Below are positions 58,112 to 64,000 of a DNA stretch of 64,000 nt, one piece after another. The notes under the pieces were generated by a model, which had not been told where the DNA came from, made no database searches, and worked only from the letters and a program-made list of their open reading frames with translations. Source of the stretch: Elsinoe ampelina (lineage: Eukaryota). The DNA lies in NCBI GenBank assembly GCA_010093995.1, contig ML992514.1, forward strand, positions 221,437-285,436. The letters run 5' to 3'. Each line of letters opens with the position of its first letter. Within the stretch, counting starts at the first letter, position 1. The translations under genes were made by a program, and so were the position numbers.

Positions 58112-58549
58112 GATGAAGATTGCAGCGCGTCGTCGCTGGCGGCCGAGGAAGCTGCCAATGGGGCCGGAAGCTATCGAAACTGCAGCCGGATGCAGTACAG
58201 TTTCAGTCAATGTCCGGACAGGTCGTCAATGGCTGTAGAGAGTGAATGGTGGTCGTACACAAACTGACGAATAACGAACGCTCGAATTGCCGCGACCTGA
58301 TGTCTGGCTGCGGCGCACAGATGCTTGGCACTTTTCGGGACAATCCGCGGCAGCGTGACGTTCGGAGCGCAGATCCGCGATTACCCTGCACTGGACTTCC
58401 TGCTTGCAATGTTTGCGTCCCGTGAAGCCCAGTCACTTGCTACTGTGCATCCTCTTCCTCCTCTCACTTCTCTCGCTCCTCCAACCTTTCCGACAGCTTC
58501 GTGCGCTGTCGCTGATTCCCTACGGCTTGCTTCCTGAATGATCACAAAT

Positions 58550-60239
58550 ATGTCGAGCAGTCAATGCTTGAGAAGAGCTGCGTCGAGCTCCTTGAGGCCG
58601 GCTTCGAGATGCTCTGCTAGCTTTGTTGTCGGCAGGAGCTCGGTTTCAAATTTGCGATCGCTTTCCTCCTTGACCTCGTCGAGGAGCTCGCTACTCTCCT
58701 CCTCGTCTTCTCGGTATGGCTAATCGGATCCCAAGTCAATGCTGTCGCTGAGAAGAAACAGGATACCTTCGCACCTGCTCCGCCCGTCCGCCATCAACCT
58801 CCAACAGTCCCGACATTATGGTCAGCATAGCTTTGCTTCCGGAATGATAGCTGTGACTGACACGAAACAGCCGAAAAGATTGTTCAGGTGCCTCAAATGG
58901 CTGAATCTATCACGGAAGGAACCTTGAAGCAGTTCTCGAAACGTATGCATTGCGGAAGGATTGGTCATAGGAATGAATATTGACATGGCTCAGAGATTGG
59001 CGACTATGTTGAGCAAGACGAAGAGATTGCGACCATTGAGACTGACAAGGTGCGACCACTTTGGAGTCAATTCATGCGCCAGTTCTAACAAGCACAGATT
59101 GATGTCGCCGTCAACGCGCCAGAAGCCGGCACTATCAAGGAATTTCTGGTCAACGAGGAGGACACGGTCACCGTGGGACAGGATCTCGTAAAGCTTGAGC
59201 TCGGCGGTGCACCATCAGGAGGCGGCAAGGACGAGGCCAAGTCAGAGCCAAAGGAGCCAGCGTCGGAAAAGCAGGAGACATCTTCACAACCCGACGGTGG
59301 AAAGGAGAAGGAGACACCCAAGGAGGAGAAAAAGCCAGAGCCAAAGCAGGAAGAGTCAAAGCCCGCGCAAGAGTCGAAGCCAGCACCACCACCTCAGAAG
59401 GAATCAAAACCTGCGCCAAAGAAGGAGGACAAGCCCAAGCCCAAACCAGAGTCTGAGCAAGGACCATTCGGTGGTAGCCGTGAAGAGAACAGGGTAAGGA
59501 TAGCCTACTGGGTACTAGAACAGGCACTGACACATTTGAACAGGTGAAGATGAACCGCATGCGCCTGAGAATCGCTGAGCGCCTAAAGCAATCTCAAAAC
59601 ACCGCCGCCTCACTCACCACCTTCAACGAAGTCGACATGTCTGCTCTCATGGAATTCCGCAAGCTCTACAAGGACGAAGTGCTCAAGAAGACTGGCATCA
59701 AGCTCGGCTTCATGTCCGCCTTCTCTCGTGCTGCCTGTCTCGCCGCCAAGGAAATCCCTGCCGTCAACGCTAGCATCGAAGGTCCAGGTTCTGGCGACAC
59801 GATCGTCTACCGCGATTACGTAGATATCAGCGTCGCTGTCGCCACCGAAAAGGGTCTTGTGACTCCTGTCGTCCGCAACGCAGAAAGCATGGACCTCATC
59901 GGCATCGAGAAGGCCATCGCTGATCTCGGCAAGAAGGCCAGGGACAACAAGCTCACGATCGAGGACATGGCTGGTGGAACCTTTACCATCTCCAACGGCG
60001 GCGTTTTCGGCTCTCTCTACGGTACTCCCATCATCAACCTGCCCCAGACAGCCGTGTTGGGTCTGCACGCCATCAAGGATCGACCAGTCGCTGTCAACGG
60101 CAAGGTCGAGATCAGACCGATGATGTACCTCGCGCTTACGTATGATCATCGTCTATTGGATGGAAGGGAGGCCGTGACCTTCTTGGTCAAGATCAAGGAG
60201 TATATTGAGGATCCGAGGAAGATGCTGTTGGGCGTGTAG
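58550..60239 (+). CDS. KGD2: 2-oxoglutarate dehydrogenase E2 (dihydrolipoamide succinyltransferase)
   Basis: Presequence, lipoyl domain [13 protein letters not shown]...[13 protein letters not shown], and catalytic domain ending [14 protein letters not shown]. Five introns. The ATG could be 58538 or 58550. Confidence 0.96.
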
Positions 60240-60420
60240 AGCATGGTCAGGGAGGAGGGGTGAACAAGCAAGCAAGCAAGCGGGTGTCAATACCAGTTTC
60301 CATTCCGTGCCTGTCTAATACTTTTGTCCGATCCTCATGTGAAGTGTCGAGTAGTCAGTGATGACGCCGTCTATAATCCCTGTCCTTCTTTCCCGACCAA
60401 ACCTCTACGCCAGCAAAGGA

Positions 60421-61761
60421 TCACAACTTCGCCCTCTCCTCTCCCGCCCCTTCCTGCTTCCCGCCACCCTGCACACTCTCGCCCATCCTCTGCCGCAAAA
60501 CCCCCTCGCACCAATTCCCCATACACCCTACCAACCCCCTAATCTCCCCCTCACTATTCCCCGCATGCAAACAAACCCTCACCCTCTCCTTCCCCTTGGG
60601 CACCGTAGGCGGGACAATCGGCCTCACCACGAACCCCGCAGCCTGACACCACCCAGCCAAACCCCTCGGATCAGAAGTCTGCACGGAGAAGATGGGGCTC
60701 CGAGGCACCGCCGTGTCAACCCCCAAAACATCCCTCACTTCCTCCGGGGGGTAAGCCGCCCGCAGCCGCCGGTGGAGATCAAGCAGGAGGGTGTGGAAGA
60801 GGGCCATATTCCCTTCCACCTTTGCGATGAGGGGGAGGGTGGAGTCGTCGCGCATGAGGCTGTATGCGGACTTGATCAAGGCGAGGGAGGGGAAGGAGAG
60901 GAAGGTGGTGTAGATGAGTGGGCGGGCGTAGTTGAGGAGGTAGGACTTGATGTTCTCCGAGCAGAGGATCGCGGCGCCGTTGGCGGAGAGGGATTTGCCG
61001 AATGTGTGGAGGCGGATGGAGATGCGGTGTTCGAGGGCGAGGGAGCAGGCGAGGCCGCGGCCTTGGGGACCGAGGACGCCGGTGGAGTGGGCTTCGTCGA
61101 GGACGAGGTGGATGTTTTGTCGCGCGGGGAGGGGGATGAGGGTGTCGATTGTGGAGAGGATGGGGGTGAGGGGGGCGAGGTCGCCGTCCATGGAGTAGAT
61201 TGCTTCGAGGGCTATGAAGAGGGAGGAGGAGCCGGAGAGGATGGAGGGGAAGGTGCTGAGGATGCTCTGCAGGGTGGAGGTGAAGGCTGGGATCGAGTTG
61301 TGGGAGAAGGAGAAGCGTTGGGTGGAGGGGACGCGGGAGGCGCGCATGCCGTCGTGGACCGAGGCGTGGATGAGGGAGTCGTAGAGGATGATGTCGGTGG
61401 GTTGGGGGAGGGTGGAGAAGATGGCTGCGTTGGCGTCGAAGCCGGAGTTGGTGAGGAGGCAGGTTTCGGAGTTGTGGAAGTCGGAGATGAGGCGTTCGAG
61501 AGAGATGGCATAGGGGGTGTTGCCGTCGAGGAGTCTTGAGCCTCCGGAGCCGAGGGGAAGTGTGGATGAGGTTAGCTCGGACAGGAATCGTGCTTTGAGT
61601 AGTGGTGAATGTGACAGAGACAAGAAGTCATTGCTGGAAAAGTCTACTGCATTTGGGCCTGGAAGAGTGAGTCTCCTCAGCGTTGAGCTTTGGTGGCGAC
61701 GCTCGAGTGAGGTTGTGATGGCCTTGTCCAGCGCCGATGGCGGAGTTGTCTTGTCTGTCAT
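60421..61761 (-). CDS. bioF: 8-amino-7-oxononanoate (KAPA) synthase, peroxisomal
   Basis: DFSSNDFLSL, GSGGSRLLDGN, NSGFDAN, YDSLIHASVHDG, YSMDGD, DEAHSTG and HTFGKS (PLP lysine); ends in the PTS1 tripeptide -AKL. Confidence 0.95.
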   Translation of the reverse strand: MTDKTTPPSALDKAITTSLERRHQSSTLRRLTLPGPNAVDFSSNDFLSLSHSPLLKARFLSELTSSTLPLGSGGSRLLDGNTPYAISLERLISDFHNSETCLLTNSGFDANAAIFSTLPQPTDIILYDSLIHASVHDGMRASRVPSTQRFSFSHNSIPAFTSTLQSILSTFPSILSGSSSLFIALEAIYSMDGDLAPLTPILSTIDTLIPLPARQNIHLVLDEAHSTGVLGPQGRGLACSLALEHRISIRLHTFGKSLSANGAAILCSENIKSYLLNYARPLIYTTFLSFPSLALIKSAYSLMRDDSTLPLIAKVEGNMALFHTLLLDLHRRLRAAYPPEEVRDVLGVDTAVPRSPIFSVQTSDPRGLAGWCQAAGFVVRPIVPPTVPKGKERVRVCLHAGNSEGEIRGLVGCMGNWCEGVLRQRMGESVQGGGKQEGAGEERAKL

Positions 61762-62082
61762 CTCGAGGGTTCAGATGGAGCCAACGCTCCTCGACAAGTG
61801 TTATGAAGGTCCAGGAAGCATGATTTGGGTCGACAAAGCACGGAAAACGGCTTGTGTCGGCGTTGAGAAGAGGATGAGCAGGCTGGGAATCTAGGATAGT
61901 GAGATGGAGTCAATTTCGAGAGCCGCGAAATCTTGGCAGACCTCGGCCTCAAGCCTTCAATTGCTTGGGAATTTGCTCATTTCATAACCAGCGAGGTCGG
62001 AAGTATTTTCTTTCTCGTCTGATCATGGTACCTATGTATATCAGCTGACCTTTGACAAAGTGGTGTTGGGACTGCAGCAGAT

Positions 62083-64000
62083 ATGAAGAAGCAGGTTGGC
62101 TCATTGCTCTTCGACAAGCTCAACGTCTTTCAAATATTTGGCGCAAACACTGGAGTGGGTAAGACGGTCGCAAGCATAGCCCTCAGCAGACATCTCCATG
62201 CGAAGGAGGGAGCCCTTTTGTACCTGAAGCCTGTACAGACTGGATCCGGCGACTCTTTCGACGCCAGGTATGTTTTCACTATCGGTACCTCGGTGACAAT
62301 GACTCACCCGATATAGACATGTCAAACGTCATATGTGGGATGCTAGGCAAAAGACCTTGTTCTCGTACGGGTATCCTGTGAGCCCTCATCTTGCAGCAAG
62401 ATATGGTTCATCGGTGAGAATGCTTGTCAGTGGCGAGAAGTGATGCTGATGGCTGCAGAAAGCCTGTGACGACGACACCATCCTGCAGGCCATCCACAAG
62501 GAGCTCTGCGCCGAAGCGAAGCAACGGACCGACTGGGTGCTGATCGAAACCGCCGGGGGTGTTCTCTCGCCTGCTCCATCAGGCTCTCTCCAGGCGGACC
62601 TGTACAGACCGCTGCGCCTTCCCGTACTCTTGGTCGGCGACAGTCGACTGGGTGGCATCGGATCCACCATCTCGGCTTGGGAGTCATTGCGTATCAGAGG
62701 CTTCGACGTGGATGGGCTGATACTTTTCAAAGATGAAATCTACGAGAACAGCGACTATCTGATAGACCACTTCCGCCGACAGGATCATAGTATGTCGGTC
62801 GCAGTGCTCGATCCCCCACCCCCACAATGCTCAGACGATACGCTTGACCAGTTCAACATGAGACGTTACTATGACAAGCAGACAAAGTCGGAATCTTTGG
62901 GAACGTTCAAATCGGACATTCACCGTAAATTGGAACAGAGGAGGGAAAAGCTCAATTCGCTATCTGAACGCGCGCATCAGAGCATCTGGCATCCATTCCT
63001 ACAGCACACGGAGAGAAATCCCGAAAATATCCTGGCAATCGACTCGGCCTATGGCGACCATTTCCAAGCCGTCGTACCATCCAAGGACTTGGGTCCGGTT
63101 GGCACATCCATCCTGAAACCAGCATTTGATGGCTCAGCATCGTGGTGGACGCAAGGCCTGGGTCATGGAAACCCTGAGCTCGCACTGACGGCTGCCTACG
63201 CGGCAGGCAGATATGGTCATGTCATGTTTGCCAACGCCGCACACGAACCTGCTGTCGCATTAGCGGAAACCATGCTCACTCGTAATAACACCATGGGTCA
63301 GACGAATGCAAGGAACAAAAAGCAGACACGAGCCTTTTACAGCGACAATGGAAGCACTGCCATGGAAGTTGCGGTCAAGATGGGACTGAAAGCTGCAGCC
63401 AAGCGATATGGTTGGGGGCCAGAGGATCGAATAGAGATTGTTGGCTTGAAAGACAGTTATCATGGAGACACAATCGGGGCAATGGACTGCTCCGAAGGCA
63501 ACATCTACAACGAAAAAGTGGAATGGTACTCGGGCCGAGGTCACTGGCTTGATTATCCCCGAGTGGCGATGAAAAAAGGTAAATGGGTAGTATCACCTCC
63601 TGCTGGCACTGAAGACATCTATGGACCACCCCAAGAGTTTCAAGAGCTGCAAGACGTTTTCAATATCTCCGATCGACGCGAGACGACGAAGAAATACCGG
63701 GAGGTGATACTGAAAATGCTCAATCACCTGGTTCGTCAAGGACATAAGCTGGGTGCTCTCATCATGGAACCCGTGATACTCGGCGCCGGAGGAATGAATC
63801 TTGTGTTTGTCAATCTTGTCATGATAGCATGTGCAAAGCTAACAATTTTGCAGAGATCCCGTCTTTCAGTACGCCTTGTACAAGGCAGCTGTGGAGGTAC
63901 GGCAGCAAAAGACTCCACTCGAAGAATCAACACTCGAGACGATTAGTGCGGAAGAGGACGAAGAGCTCGAGCAGAACGGACTCGAGCTCGACGGGCGAGA
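62083..64000 (+). CDS. bioDA: Bifunctional dethiobiotin synthetase / DAPA aminotransferase (runs off the right edge)
   Basis: FGANTGVGKT, YLKPVQTG, PVSPHLAA, IETAGGVLSP and GDSRLGGI (BioD); IWHPFLQH, FDGSASWWTQGLGH, SDNGSTAMEVAVKM, SYHGDTIG and MEPVILGAGGM (BioA). Introns at 62268-62316, about 62414-62458 and 63805-63853. Confidence 0.95.

Noticed and set aside
60266..60281. (CAAG)4 and poly-A runs near 37788 and 55405
   Set aside because: Short simple repeats expected in UTR or intergenic DNA.
60358..61539. 393-aa + strand ORF
   Set aside because: Antisense shadow of bioF; its P-rich then G/E-rich composition mirrors the skew island.

Overview
Gene-dense eukaryotic DNA from a filamentous ascomycete (Pezizomycotina; Eurotiomycete/black-yeast-like is only my impression). 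It has short GT-AG introns with CTRAC branch sites. I can support about 27 protein-coding genes, mostly housekeeping: a 3'-truncated flavin-reductase-like gene absent from the ORF track, MRPL36, MTF1, AMSH, NUP37, APC1, COX20, POL2, an AAA ATPase, SDS23, a P450, a DUF6540-like protein, RSA3, a conserved putative regulator, DHR2, a BTB protein, a 3xKH protein, eIF2A, SQS1, ATG4, divergent H2B/H2A, NDUFB9, KGD2 and the divergent bioF/bioDA biotin genes. I saw no tRNA, rRNA, transposon or CRISPR. The main points worth a second look are: (1) the eIF2A frame stays open for 221 codons past its TAG; (2) recurring ~1 kb islands switch from C-rich to G-rich on the + strand regardless of gene orientation; (3) the best-placed 5' splice site of the P450 reads ATAAGT rather than GTAAGT; (4) a putative mitochondrial protein combines KH-like segments with a flavin-reductase domain. 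All identifications come from manual translation and motif recognition; no database searches were run.
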